NCBI GenBank assembly: GCA_965240325.2
Contig: OZ251226.1
Location: forward strand, 1,116,001-1,180,000
DNA length: 64,000 nucleotides
Reading direction: 5' to 3'
Source of the DNA: Rebecca billardiae RCC1528
Taxonomy: Eukaryota; Protista; Haptophyta
Shown piece after piece: positions 23,057 through 35,107 of this stretch (its first letter is position 1; every line of letters starts with the position of its first letter). The notes below the pieces were generated by a model. That model saw only the letters and a program-made list of their open reading frames with translations, had not been told where the DNA came from and made no database searches. A program made the position numbers and the translations under genes.

Positions 23057-26000
23057 CTAGCCGTCGGAGGTGGTCCCGCCTTCGGTCATCCCGACAAGGT
23101 CTGTGAGCGACTCGACGTTGGCGGCGTCGATGCGGCGCGCGCCCGGCGCGACGGCGAGCGGTGACTTGGCCTTGACGCGCGTGCCGCCCTCGCTCGGCGT
23201 CGAGCCGTGCTGGCTGCCGGGCTCGCTGCTGTCTTCTGCCTCACGCCCGGCGTTCGCGAGGTCGAGCGCGGACGACTCGTTGCGGTGCATCCCGCCGCCC
23301 GGCATCTCGACCGGCGCGAGCAGCGGCGTGCGCACCTCCAGATACGGCCCGCCCACGGTCGGCTGCAGCTCGATCACGGTGTGGAGCGGCACCTCGATCT
23401 CGGGCGCCTCACTCACCGGCCGGTTGAGGAAGTAGCAGAGCAGCACCTGCGAGCGCGCGCACAGCGCGCGCGGGCGCACGCGCGCGGGCGCGTGAGTGTG
23501 TGTGGGTGTACAGGGCTGCGCGCGCTCGAGGGCTGGCCGCGCGCGGCGGGGCGGGTGCGGTTCAGGGTGTGAATCAGGGTTCGGGTTCAGGGGTAGGGTT
23601 GGGGGATTGGGGCGCACCTGCAGCACGGAGACGTGGGAGACGACGAGCACGGGCATCGTCTGCTGCTCAATCTCAATCAGGACGGGCTCGAGCCGGTTCA
23701 TCAAGTCGCGGTAGCACTCGCCGCCTGTGCAGGGGCCGGCGCGCGGCAGGGCGCACAGCACAGAGCGCCGTCAGCCGCCTCGGCCCGCGGCGCGGCGGGC
23801 GCGGTGCCGCCGCCATCACCGCCGCGCGCGCCACAGCGCAGCATAAATTCCCCTTCATCACGGGCTCCGGGTGGTCAGACTGGCGGCCGAAGCCTCCAGC
23901 CCTACGCATGCGCGCACCCGGGAAGCGCGTGTTGTAGACATCCTGCGTGAAGCGCTCATACCACTTCGGGTCGTGCTCGGCGATCTCCTCCATCGTGCGG
24001 CCCATGTGCTCGCCCTTGTCCAGCGGCGTGAGCATGAAGTACTCCTGCGGGCGATGCGGGCGATGCGGGCGATGCGGGTGAGGCGCGGAGCGGCCGGGCG
24101 CGACCCGCCCAATCACAGCGGAGCAGCGAGCGGGTCCGGTCTGTGCCACGAGCCGGCGGCCGCGTGGCACGACAGCGCACACACACGCCGGGTCCGGCGT
24201 GTGCGCGCGCGCGCGCACGCCACGCCGCGCGCGCACGCCACGCCGCGCGCGCACGCCGCGCGCGCACCTCGCGCGAGCTCGGCGTCTTGAGCCGCGAGAC
24301 CGTCGCGTTCGCCCGCGGCAGCGTGCTCGTGATCACCTTGAGCTGAGCGCCCGGATTCACCAGGCCGTTGGCGTTGCGCACAACGGACGCCTGCCACTTG
24401 TTGGTGAGCCGGCGGTTGCTGCGCGCGGGGCGCGGGCCGGGCGGGGCGGGGCGGGTGTGAGCAGCGCGCAGCGGAGCCGTGCGGCGCGCGCGCGCGCGCA
24501 CGGGAGATTGCACGCGAGATTGTGCGCGAGATTGCACGCGAGATCGTGCGCGGCGCAAGCCAGCGCGCGAAGAGCGCGGGCCGCGGCGCGCGCGCGCTGG
24601 CGGGTGCGCGGACGCTCGCGCGCGCGCGCACCGGCGCAGCCGTGAGTCCTTCTCCGCCCACTCGCGCCCGCCCGTCGGCGTCGGCGAGATGAAGGATGAC
24701 TGGCGGCGGGAGAAGGCGTCTTCAAAGTCGGTCGACGTCGACGTCTGACGCGACGTCTCGAGTGGCCCGCCGGGGCCCGCGAGCACGCTCGGCGACGGGA
24801 GCGAGCCGACCAGCGAGCCCTCTGCGTCATGGTAGGTGGCCAGCGGCGACGGGAGGGCGGAGCCGTAGTCCTTGGGCAGCGAGCCCGAGCCAGGGAGGCT
24901 CGGCGGCTTGTCGTCGTACTGCAGCGCACTCGACCCCGGGATCGGCTGCGGCTCGGAGCCGGAGCCGGCAGCGGCGGCGGCCTGGGGGGCGCCGCCGGTC
25001 TCGAGCTCGGGCTGCTCGGGCTTCTTGTGCTCGGGGCCGCCGGCGAGCGCGGCCCTGAGCGAGACGCGCGGCGAGTTCGCGAACGCCGACTCGTCCACCT
25101 CCGTCGTGGGCGGCATGGCGCCGAACGTCGCGTAGCGCGTGCGCGGCAGGACTGACTCAAGGGCTTGCGACGCGATCTCTGTCGAGCTGCGCCGGCTCGG
25201 GTCGTGCGAGGGCGGCTGCGAGTCGTCGCCGCGGCTCGAGCACGGCTCCGTCGTGCCGTACTTCTGCTGGTGCGCCTCCACCGCCGCCTGCACCACCGCG
25301 AAGAAGTCCGTGTGGTTCCCTGAGCGCGTGTACCGCCGCTGCACGGCCGCCGGGTCGCCCTCAATATCTTGGAAGGCCTTAGTCTGGTCGCGGATGTAAT
25401 CGGCAAGGACCTCGGAGAAGGCCTGGCCGGTCTCGGTGAGCTGCGCCATGGGCGAGCCGATGGAGGAGTGGGTGTTCGAGGTGCGCAGCCCCACGCCCTC
25501 GCCCGCGCGCACCAGCCAGATCGGCCGCGGGCCGATGTGCACCGCCATCAGGTAGGGCAGAATGCTCTGCGCGACGCGGCCGTAGCAGCCCGACACAAAC
25601 ACCTGCGACGACATGTTCCACAGCTTGATGTACGAGTAGTCGACGCCCTCCGCGATGGTCTCGTACACGGCCTCGTACTTTCCTATGCGCGCGCGCAAGT
25701 CCGCTAGCGCCTCCTCCTCCGTCATGCTGCGCACCGCCGCGCGGGGCAGGCGCGTGAGCGCGCGCGCGCGGCGGCTTTGCGCGCGCGCGCGCCGCGCGCG
25801 CGGCGCCGCGCCGCGCGCGGTGCGCGAGGGTGCGCGTGCGCGCGCGCGCGAGCGCGCACCCGAAGAAGTCGGGCGAGCCGGACACCTTGCACCGCATGTT
25901 CTCCTCGAGCACGTCCTGGTTCGTGCACAGCGTCTCGATGAAGCAGATGCCGAGGTCGAGCGGCGACGACTTGCACACGCGAATGATGAGCTGCCGCCGG

Positions 26001-26635
26001 TCCTCGGTCGAGTTGGTCGCGTCGAAGATGCCGATCTCGCCCTCGCGCATCATCCACTGGAGCATGTCGTTCAGCGCGGCGCGCGCCACCGCCTCGCGCT
26101 GCGCCTTCGCCGCGTCGTTGTGCGGGTCAAAGAAGTCCGACTTTCCGGACTGCTGAACCTCGACCGCCTCGCGCCGGTACTTGCCCACGTTGAACACGCG
26201 TGTCGGGTGGCCCTTCCACGAGAGGAACTGCTCGAGCCGGCGCGAGATGAAGGACTTGCCGCGCGCGGGGAGACCGACCATCACGAAGACCAGGTGCGAC
26301 TTCTTGTTCGTCCGGTGGTGCCGCGTCGACATCTCCTTGCGAAAGGGCTTCACACCCGATCGCGGCCGCGCAATCGCAGCCGCCTTGCCCTCGTAGTACG
26401 CAGCGGCGTTCGCGCTGGCGTGCGAGGGCTCACTGTTCGAGCGCTCGGGCATCAAGAGATCCGGCGCGGCGCTGTCCATCTTCGCCGCGATGCTCACACT
26501 CGTGCTCGGCGGCTCGCTGGAATGATGCGCGCTGGGCGTTTGCGGCTGCGACGCATTGCCCACCGGCGGCGACGTCTCGCTCCTCGGCCCGACAGTCGCC
26601 TCCGCCGTGAAGACGGGTGCTGGCGGCTGGCTCAT
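23057..26635 (-). CDS. PFKFB: 6-phosphofructo-2-kinase/fructose-2,6-bisphosphatase family protein, ~881 aa, with degenerate phosphatase site; exons 26635-25860, 25726-24632, 24418-24268, 24044-23918, 23724-23618, 23446-23057
   Basis: P-loop MVGLPARGKS, FNVGKYRR, IFDATNST, SPDF, RFPGGECYRDL..RLEPVLIEIE, VPLHTVIEL. Splice phases are consistent. Confidence 0.92.
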
Positions 26636-26997
26636 CGGCCCGCGAACTCGCTCGGCGCGGCGTGCTCAGGGCCTCCTTCCAGCGTCGCCTCGTCGGCACT
26701 CCGCGGGAGTGCACCACTCGCGTCAGGCCCAGTGCTCGGCCTTCGGACCCGCTTTGATGCCTGATGGCGCAAATGGACGTGAGCGACTGAGCGCCCAGCT
26801 TATTACCCGCTTGTTGGTGTGATAAATAAGCAGCGAGTGACGGTGAAGGTCCGGTGGCCTGCAAGTTCCGCCGTCGTCGTCGGCTAAAAGACTCGGCACT
26901 ACTCGCACGCAACTCGCAATTCGCACACTTGCGCGGGAAACATCGGCGCGTCCCGTGCCGGCTGTTGGGACCTGTGCTCCGCGTGTCGCGCGCAACC

Positions 26998-27444
26998 ATG
27001 GCACAGCCGTCGGGGGGCTCGTCGTTCATGTCGAACATGTGGAAGTTCTTCCAGGAAATGACGGGTCATGGAGCGACGGACGGCACGTCCACCGACGGCG
27101 GTGCCGCGGCAGGCGGCGGCGGCGGCAGCGGCGGCAGCGCAGCAGAGACCTTCCACGAAATCTTCAACTCGCTGCTTGGCGCGCAGAAGGGCCACGTGAG
27201 CAACGGGTACTTCCACCACGCCGGGCAGAACGACGAGGGCTTGTTCTGCATGGAGACGAAGATGGCGCCCTCCAAGATGGCCGAGTACTTCACGGCCAAC
27301 AATGGCGATGTGTCGCTAGGCAAGTGCTCGGAGGATCCACAGTACTCGGGCGCAAACTGGGACCTGCAGGGGACACAGAGCTTCCGTGTGCAGAACAAGT
27401 TCTACGCCGACTTTAGTGATCCCGCGAGTGTCGTCTCAGAGTAG
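26998..27444 (+). CDS. Small hypothetical protein (~148 aa) with a Gly linker and a compact aromatic/Cys-containing C-terminal domain
   Basis: Strong GC3 codon bias and complex, non-Arg/Ala-biased sequence. ATG at 26998, divergent from PFKFB. Confidence 0.7.
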   Translation: MAQPSGGSSFMSNMWKFFQEMTGHGATDGTSTDGGAAAGGGGGSGGSAAETFHEIFNSLLGAQKGHVSNGYFHHAGQNDEGLFCMETKMAPSKMAEYFTANNGDVSLGKCSEDPQYSGANWDLQGTQSFRVQNKFYADFSDPASVVSE

Positions 27445-28429
27445 CTGCGCAGGCGCGCAGCTGCGGATGGCCCGCGGTGCGCATTCGCCATGGTTGTGGT
27501 AATAATGCGCGGTAACTACTACAGAGCAGTCGACTACACCGCCGCATACGCTGCGCGCCCCGCCTTCACACGAGATCGCGCCGCAGTGTATGTTGGTGAT
27601 GCGCGATGCAGCTGTTGCCTGCGACAGCTGCAGCCTGCTGGGCGCGCTCGCGGAAGTTGGGCAGGCAGTACGCCCCTCTGCCGCCGACTGACGTCAGTGA
27701 CGCCGTGCCGCGGTGGCCGAGTTCGGCTGCCGCACCTGGCAGCCTCGGCAGCCGCTGCTGGCTGCGCCCGGAGTCTCGGGGCCCGTGCCAAGTAGGCTGT
27801 GGCTGCGTACGTATCCCCAAGACGGCCACGACCCGACTACATTTTGTATTATTTAAATATATATAAATAATATACGCTGCTGTATTAAAGAGTGAAAGTC
27901 AGTCAGACCGAGTCCGAGACTGCCGCCGGCGGCGCAGGAATTATTGAACTCACATGATCCGATACTACTAGATCTATTATGGCGGGCCGTATTTATGTTA
28001 ATAAATTAATATATATATATATATATATTCTGCTACTAATAAATATCGCGAAAGTCTTACGAGTTACGTACGGGCCGCAACCGTGAATGAACCGCGACTC
28101 AGTCTCACTCATGCACTGTGTAACGAACTGACAAGCTGCCTATTTAGCCTAACTAACATGAGGTCGGACTACTCGGACTAGCTTAGGTCTAGGTGTTAGT
28201 TAGGACCTGACCCTGGACCGCTCGGATGAATAACGAGCGCGGACCGCGGGACCGCCTGCGGGAGAATCCCGGCGCAGTCCGGCGGTCCGGGCTGAGTCTG
28301 CTGGCGGGACTTCGATATCGTCTGCTGCTGCGGCCGCGGGGATCAATCACATCACAGCACGGCGCGTCAGGGGCGTTCCCCGCACAGGTCATGCGCTAGG
28401 CTGTCCGACTCTACACTGCTGTGTAGAGG

Positions 28430-30389
28430 CTGCCGAAAGTCTGCTCTAGCGGGACCCCCGCGCACTGGGGTCGTTCCGGGCGCGAGCTCGGCGGGGACGT
28501 GGCGAGCGGGTCGGTGCGCGCCGTGGGCTGGGTGTGCGATTTTACCAACGTATCGGTCGACCTGACCCTCCCCGTCGCGCCGCTCTTGCCCTCGTGGCCT
28601 CTCTTCCCCCCAACACGGGTGCGCGCAGCCGCTTGAACAGCCTGGCTGCAGGTCGTTCACAGACGGCAGGCCGCGTGCAACCTGCGCGGGTGAAGAGGGG
28701 TGGCTTGTTGCGTGGTTACGCGGCTGACGCCCGTGTGTGGCCTTGCGAGCCTTTGTGTGCGAGGTTACTTGCCCACATCTGCTCTCGCGTGTCATGCGCG
28801 CGTGCAACGAACACTATGCCGTATGCGACCCGCCTTGCAGCAGCCGAGGCCACTGCCACTGGCTATCCACGTCGCGCGCGAGATCGTCGACATTCTGACG
28901 GGCTCGCATCCAGGCGAGTGCAAGTGCGCGCGCTGCGTTACGTTCCTCCCGTCCACTGGAGGTGTGCACTGTGAAGCGGAGTCCAGCAGCCAAAACGACA
29001 TGGGCATCTGACTCGTCATTCGTGTCAACCTGTGACGACGGGCATCGCGCCAGGCTGAGAGGCCAGTGCCCAGGATAGCTCGGGTGATGGGGCACCGCAC
29101 GTCTGATCATCGGATGGCAGATGAAGTCAGCAACGTACTAGATCAAGCGTCGGCTTGTCCACGTCGCCGGCGCGGTGTGCGCACTCTCCTGCTGCCGCTG
29201 CTGCACTACAGCGCTACTGTACTCTGACAATTCTAGGATTTAAAGACACATCAGGTATGAGGACGCAGCTCTCCTGATTCGTCTGTCGAAGTACTGATTG
29301 GAGGCGGAGGATGTGAGCGCGTTAGCCGCGGATGAGGGAGTCGTCGCCGATGCTGATCACTGAGATGCCGCGCGCTGTGACTTGCAGTCGTCGGTCGTCA
29401 CGCCGTTGCCGCCGTCGGACGGTCGGTCCCGGCTGACGAGTGACGGTCCGAGTTGATGCAGTAAGCTAGTGAGAGTAGTCTGCGTGGATGCTCACGCCAG
29501 CCGCCGGTGCGGTCGGGGATGGCGCTCAGCCTAGCCGTGGGGGAGGTAGTCGGCCTGGCCGGCGGGCGGGGTTGCTCAATATTCGTTTCTTTTAATATTT
29601 TATTCATCGCCGTGGATTTAATTTTAAACCCGGCCACGCTAACGACATGACCTTGTGGCGCGTTGCGTCGGAGAACGGGACGGCAGCCTGCCCGCTCGGA
29701 GCGTGCTTGTACGCCACAAGCATGCGGGCGACGATGCTTGATGATTCCCACTCTCGCACCGGAGCTGTGAGTCTGTGTAACACAGTGACGCGGGAGCCGA
29801 GGGTGACTCGACGGGCAACTTCAGGAATGCACCTGCCAGAAGCACTGCCTTCAATATCAAGCACGCAGATGGCAAAGACGAGGGCCACAAGCATGCGACA
29901 GAACATGTCAACGATATGGCGTCACCGTCTTAGTGCCTGCAGTGGCCCCACGCTGGCCCAGCTGGCAGCAGGTGGACAAGCGCAAGCGCAGCGGAGATCC
30001 GATGGTGTACGTTACACGCGCGCATGACACGCGAGAGCGGATGTGGGCAAGTAATCTCGCACACAAAGGCTCGCAAGGCCACATATGAGCGTCAGCCACG
30101 CAACCACGCAACAAGCCACCCCTCTTCACCCGCGCAGGTTGCACGCGGCCCGCCGTCTGTGAACGACCTGCAGCCAGGCTGTTCAAGCGGCTGCGCGCAC
30201 CCGTGTTGGGGGGAAGAGAGGCCGCGAGGGCAAGAGCGGCGCGACGGGGAGGGTCAGATCGACCGATACGTTGGTAAAATCGCGCACCCAGCCCGCGGCG
30301 CGCACCGACCCGCTCGCCACGTCCCCGCCGAGCTCGCGCCCAGTGCAGCCCCAGTGCGCGGGGGTCCCGCTAGAGCAGACTTTCGGCAG
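28430..30389. mobile_element. Non-autonomous long-TIR (MULE/foldback-like) element, ~380-bp inverted arms
   Basis: 28430-28809 is the near-identical reverse complement of 30010-30389. The ~1.2-kb interior has no convincing ORF. No TSD found. Confidence 0.75.
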
Positions 30390-30512
30390 GCCCCCCGTAG
30401 CCAGCGGAGGGGGGCCGGACAGGCTAGTCATGCGCCAATAAAAACTCACGCGCGAAAACAAAGCGCGGAAAATGAAAACGCGCTTGGCGCGAAGGCGCGC
30501 TGGCGTCGATGG

Positions 30513-31413
30513 GCGCTTGGCGCGCGCGCGGCGCGGCGCGCTGCGGCCGTCGAGTTGCCGTGCGAAGGCGGCGCGTTGCTTGCGTGGCATCGGAACACGA
30601 CCATGCTCCGCACTGCGCCCCGCAGCTTGCTCCTCGTCGACTTTGCCGCGCCTACGATCAGCGCGCATGCGAGCGTCGCGTCGGAATGAGCAGCCCGCGC
30701 CGGCCTCAGCCGTGAGCGCCCGCCTGGCGCGCGATGCGATCAACTCGGGGCACGAGCTGCGGCTGAGCGAGGAAGCATGTGCCTGCGCGCAAGCCGCGCC
30801 GCCTTGAGACATCGATCGTGCGCGTTGATGCAGCTTCAGACGGCTGTCAACGAATGCCGATCAGCCTGCACGAGCCTTGCATGCAGTGGAGATGAAACAA
30901 CAGACCGTGAGCGCCCTGAAGCGATGAATAGGAGTCTTCGGGTTGCGTGTGCGCGCAGTGACTCGTGTACATCCATGCATCGCCTGCGCGCGTGGCTGCC
31001 GTCATGCCATGCTTGAGTAGTTGCGCTGATGAGGAGTCCTTTCAAGGGCACCGCGACATTCGCAAGGGCAAGAAGAATAGTTGCGTGCAAGGTGCATGCC
31101 CTGCTCACGATCGGTGTCTCAAGGCGGCGCGGCTTGCGCGCAGGCACATGCTTCCTCGCTCAGCCGCAGCTCGTGCCCCGAGTTGATCGCATCGCGCGCC
31201 AGGCGGGCGCTCACGGCTGAGGCCGGCGCGGGCTGCTCATTCCGACGCGACGCTCGCATGCGCGCTGATCGTAGGCGCGGCAAAGTCGACGAGGAGCGAG
31301 CTGCGGGGCGCAGTGCGGAGCATGGTCGTGTTCCGATGCCACGCAAGCAACGCGCCGCCTTCGCACGGCAACTCGACGGCCGCAGCGCGCCGGGCCGCGC
31401 GCGTGCCAAGCGC
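30513..31413. mobile_element. Second inverted-repeat element, ~308-bp arms with ~285-bp spacer
   Basis: 30513-30820 is the near-perfect reverse complement of 31106-31413. Confidence 0.7.
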
Positions 31414-32010
31414 TGGTGCGCTGCAGTCCGGGTTGGCGGCCGCCACTGGCGCAGCGCCAGTCCGGGAGGGTTTTGGCCCCCAGGGGGCCAAAACCCCTCG
31501 CGGAGCGTGTGGCAGGATCCCGGGAACGCCCTTGAGTGCCCTAGCTCATTAAATTATTAGTTCCGGAGTTCGGTACCAGTGGATGGCGGATATATATAGG
31601 ATTGATCGACTCATTCGTTGATTCTAACTGTGTCTCTGTGACTGTGAGCGGGCTCACTGTTAGTGTTACTAATTAGTGTGTCTGAGACATTAGTTAGGAG
31701 TACCGACGCGGGCGACGGTGTCATCTTGCATGAGCTCCCTGAATATTAGAACTGACCACCACGCAACGTTGCGGGTATTTTTCAATACGACGGACTCGAC
31801 TCGAGCCTTGTCGTAGGGGGCTGGGACGGGTGGATGCCGACAACGGTGAGCGTGGAGCGGGCGCGCCTCGGACATTGCTGTGATCGCGAGCGCGCAGCAG
31901 CCGCTACAGCGGCGCAGAAGAGCTGCGTGTCGTAGGGCGGGGCTGCTCGCGACGGGCAGCCCAAGCTTGCGTCGGCGGCACGGTGGACTCGGCCACCGGA
32001 GTCCTTCACC

Positions 32011-33032
32011 TCACAAGGCGCGCCCCGCGACCTGCGTGAGATCGACGCCCACGGCCGCGCCGACGGGTCCGCGGCCGCTGTACAGCGGGAGCCGTTCAAC
32101 CGCCTGCTTGACGGCGCGCAGGTTGGTGGGGACGTCCTCCTTTATGCGCCACTCGATGGCGGGGACGGGTACGACGCCCTTCGGCGTCACGTTCACCGAG
32201 TAGATCAGCTTCGTCGTGTACATGGGCTGCGGCGGCGGCGGCTCCTCGCCCGCGGCCTCGGCCGCGCGTACCGCGTCTGGCGAGGGCGGCACCATTTTGC
32301 GCGAGTGCGGCTGCAGCGCCCACTCGCCGTCGAAGCGCGAGAGCATCTTCGACTCGACGAGCCAGAACTTGATCTTGCGCTGCAGCCTGCGCGCCTCCTG
32401 CTCCGGCCCGAAGAGCTCCTCCATGTCCATCGTCAGGGCCGCGGAGAAGTCGAACCCGAAAATCTTCTGCGCACCCTCCTGGTAGAGCCGAATGCCCTGG
32501 TGCGGCAGCCGGCGGGAGATGACGAGGTTGGGCACGTGGGTCGCGAGGTTGTCGTAGTCCGTGAGGATGCGCCACACGGCCTCAGGCGGGCGCTGGATCA
32601 CGATCGACGCCGAGATACGGCGGCTGCGCGGAGGCAAGGGCGGCAGCCGATGGAGCGCATCGCGAGCGGCGCGTCAGAGAGGCGCGGGGGTGCGCGTGGC
32701 CGTCGAGCGCGCTGCGCCGTGCGAAGGGGCGGCGGGCGGCGCGGCAAAAGCGCGTGGTCGCGTACGCACGCGCACCTGTTGAGACCCGTGGCCTCGATGA
32801 TGGGCGTCTCGCCCAGGATCATTGAGCGCACCGCCGTAACGCATCGCGTGTTCGACGCGCGGCTTGGTTGTCTCCTCGTGATGCGCGTCTGCTGCAGCCG
32901 CGTGGATGCCACGTGCGGTCGCTTTGTCAATGCGCTGCTTCCGCCGAGCCATCCGGAGGCGCAGCAGGCCCACCACCCCAGCACGAGGACGAGGACCTTC
33001 GGGAATGCCGGCCGAGGCTTAGCTGCCGCCAT
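32011..33032 (-). CDS. SRPBCC/START-like polyketide cyclase/dehydrase family protein with bipartite plastid-type leader, ~289 aa; exons 33032-32776, 32623-32011
   Basis: RRISASIVIQRPPEAVWRILTDYDNLATHVPNL...LYQEGAQ...FDGEW...IKEDVPTNLRAVK. Signal peptide followed by an S/T/R-rich transit region. Confidence 0.88.
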
Positions 33033-34795
33033 GTCTGCGATACGCCCGCTTGATGAGCGCTCTCCCGAGACTCCCGCGACTTCGCACGGCCGCGCCAGTC
33101 CCGGCCGGCTTCAAGTGGCGGAAGCGTTGGGCTGCGGAAGCGCTCGCAAAAACGAAGCTCACAGGGAGAATCTTGGCCCCGATTCGCCCGCGAGACGTTC
33201 GAGCGGCTAAAAAGCAATCTCCGCCAGCTGAGATCTTGTCGGACGGGGAAACCGCGGAAGGATGGCTGCCACAGTGCCACTGGCCAAAGCTCGCCAAATG
33301 CCGAAGGCATCGAAGGGTGCGCCCGTCATGAATCGTGATGACCGTCTGGGGTCCACAACGTACGACTGCAGACGGCACCGGCGATTATTCATGGCCGCTC
33401 GGTCGCAGACTCATTCTATGATTTATCGACACAGGTAGGACGGCGCAGGTCTCCTGATTCGTCGGCGGCAGTGCCCGATCGTCGACAAGACGTTGGTGGC
33501 AGAGCATAGCCTGCACCGCGATCGAATGGCTTAAGCGTGAGTCGATTGACGATGCTACCGCGACTCTATCCGGCCTGATGGCCTCAGCGCCCTCAGTCAG
33601 CATCGCCGCGCCGTCCAGGTCCGAGGCGGCGCGGGGCCCGCACCCGGCTCATCGGAACGGTCAGAGTGAGTATGTGATCGGAGTAGCATTGGCAACGTCG
33701 GAGTGACGGTGAGTGCACCGAGTATTATCCCGACTACTACGATGCTAAGAGTCACGTGGTCCTACAGTCGTCTACACACTGCAGTCCGCTAGTAGCAGAT
33801 TCAGCGGTAACTCGCAGACTTAAGCCGTCAACTGTACCGTTGGTACCGCCGGCGTCAGACTGCCGACATGAACAGATTAAGACGCCAGTAACTCGAGACT
33901 AGTCACTACTACTAAGTACTAGAGGCTACTCTGACGGCAGACACGGCAGTGGCCGGAAGGCGGAACCGCGTACTCTGTAATCGTCTGTCTAATGACATCA
34001 GAGCGCGTAATACTGCCTTATCTGCGGAAACAGCAGACTAATTCAGCTAATAAGCCGGGCTTAATTTACTAGCTACTGTCGTCTGTCTCGGTACTGTAAC
34101 GTAATACTGAGCCTCGGTCATCATTTGCGTACTAGCAGGACTAGTAGGCGGTCTGTACATCTGAGTCAGATTCTGATTGTCCGTACAGATCAGCTGCTTG
34201 ACACTCCGGAACTCGGCAGAGTTCCACTGTTAGTGTTAGTGTTACAGACTGTCGTAATAACATGAACTCATCGTCGGGCGGAGTCGTCAATCACTAATCA
34301 TAGTCAGTCCACGCCACAATTATATATACGACGACAATGTCGACATCATGAACCGAACCGTGGCGGAACCGTGCGGGGCCGCCGGCCGCGGTACGCCGTA
34401 CGGCGGGGCAGCCGGCAGGGCGGCCCGGCCGGGCCTCGGTCCGCGCTGCCGCCTGCCTCGCCCGTGAGTGACTAGTGTCTAGTAGTGACTCACTGACACT
34501 CAGACTGAGTCCGTGTCTGATAACACTTAACTGTTATAACAGCACTCACAGTGTCAGTCGCGGAGTCGGCGGGCAGTGCTGCCAGGCCGGCGCCAGGCCG
34601 ACCAGGCCCTGAGTAGCGGCCTAGCGGCTAGTATGAGCCCGTCGCAGCCCACGCCCACGGGCCACGTGACCCGGGGCCGCGTAGTTTGTAAACCGGTATG
34701 ACCGTACAGCCTCAGGATGGCTGACTCAGTATGATGAGACTGTGACAGTAAGTATTACTGCGTACGACTACTAATTAGTATGCGGATAATATTAC

Positions 34796-34950
<155 letters not shown>

Positions 34951-35107
34951 CAACGGCCGTCTCTCAGTGGCAATCAATGCCGCGACCCCGGCGGCGTTAA
35001 CCGCGAGCGGCTGGTGCCGCCCAGTTCAGCACCCGACGAGCCTCGGCCTCGGCGGAAGCCGGCCGGCGGTGACCCGTTGTCAGAGCATGGATCCGGCTGG
35101 GCGCGGA

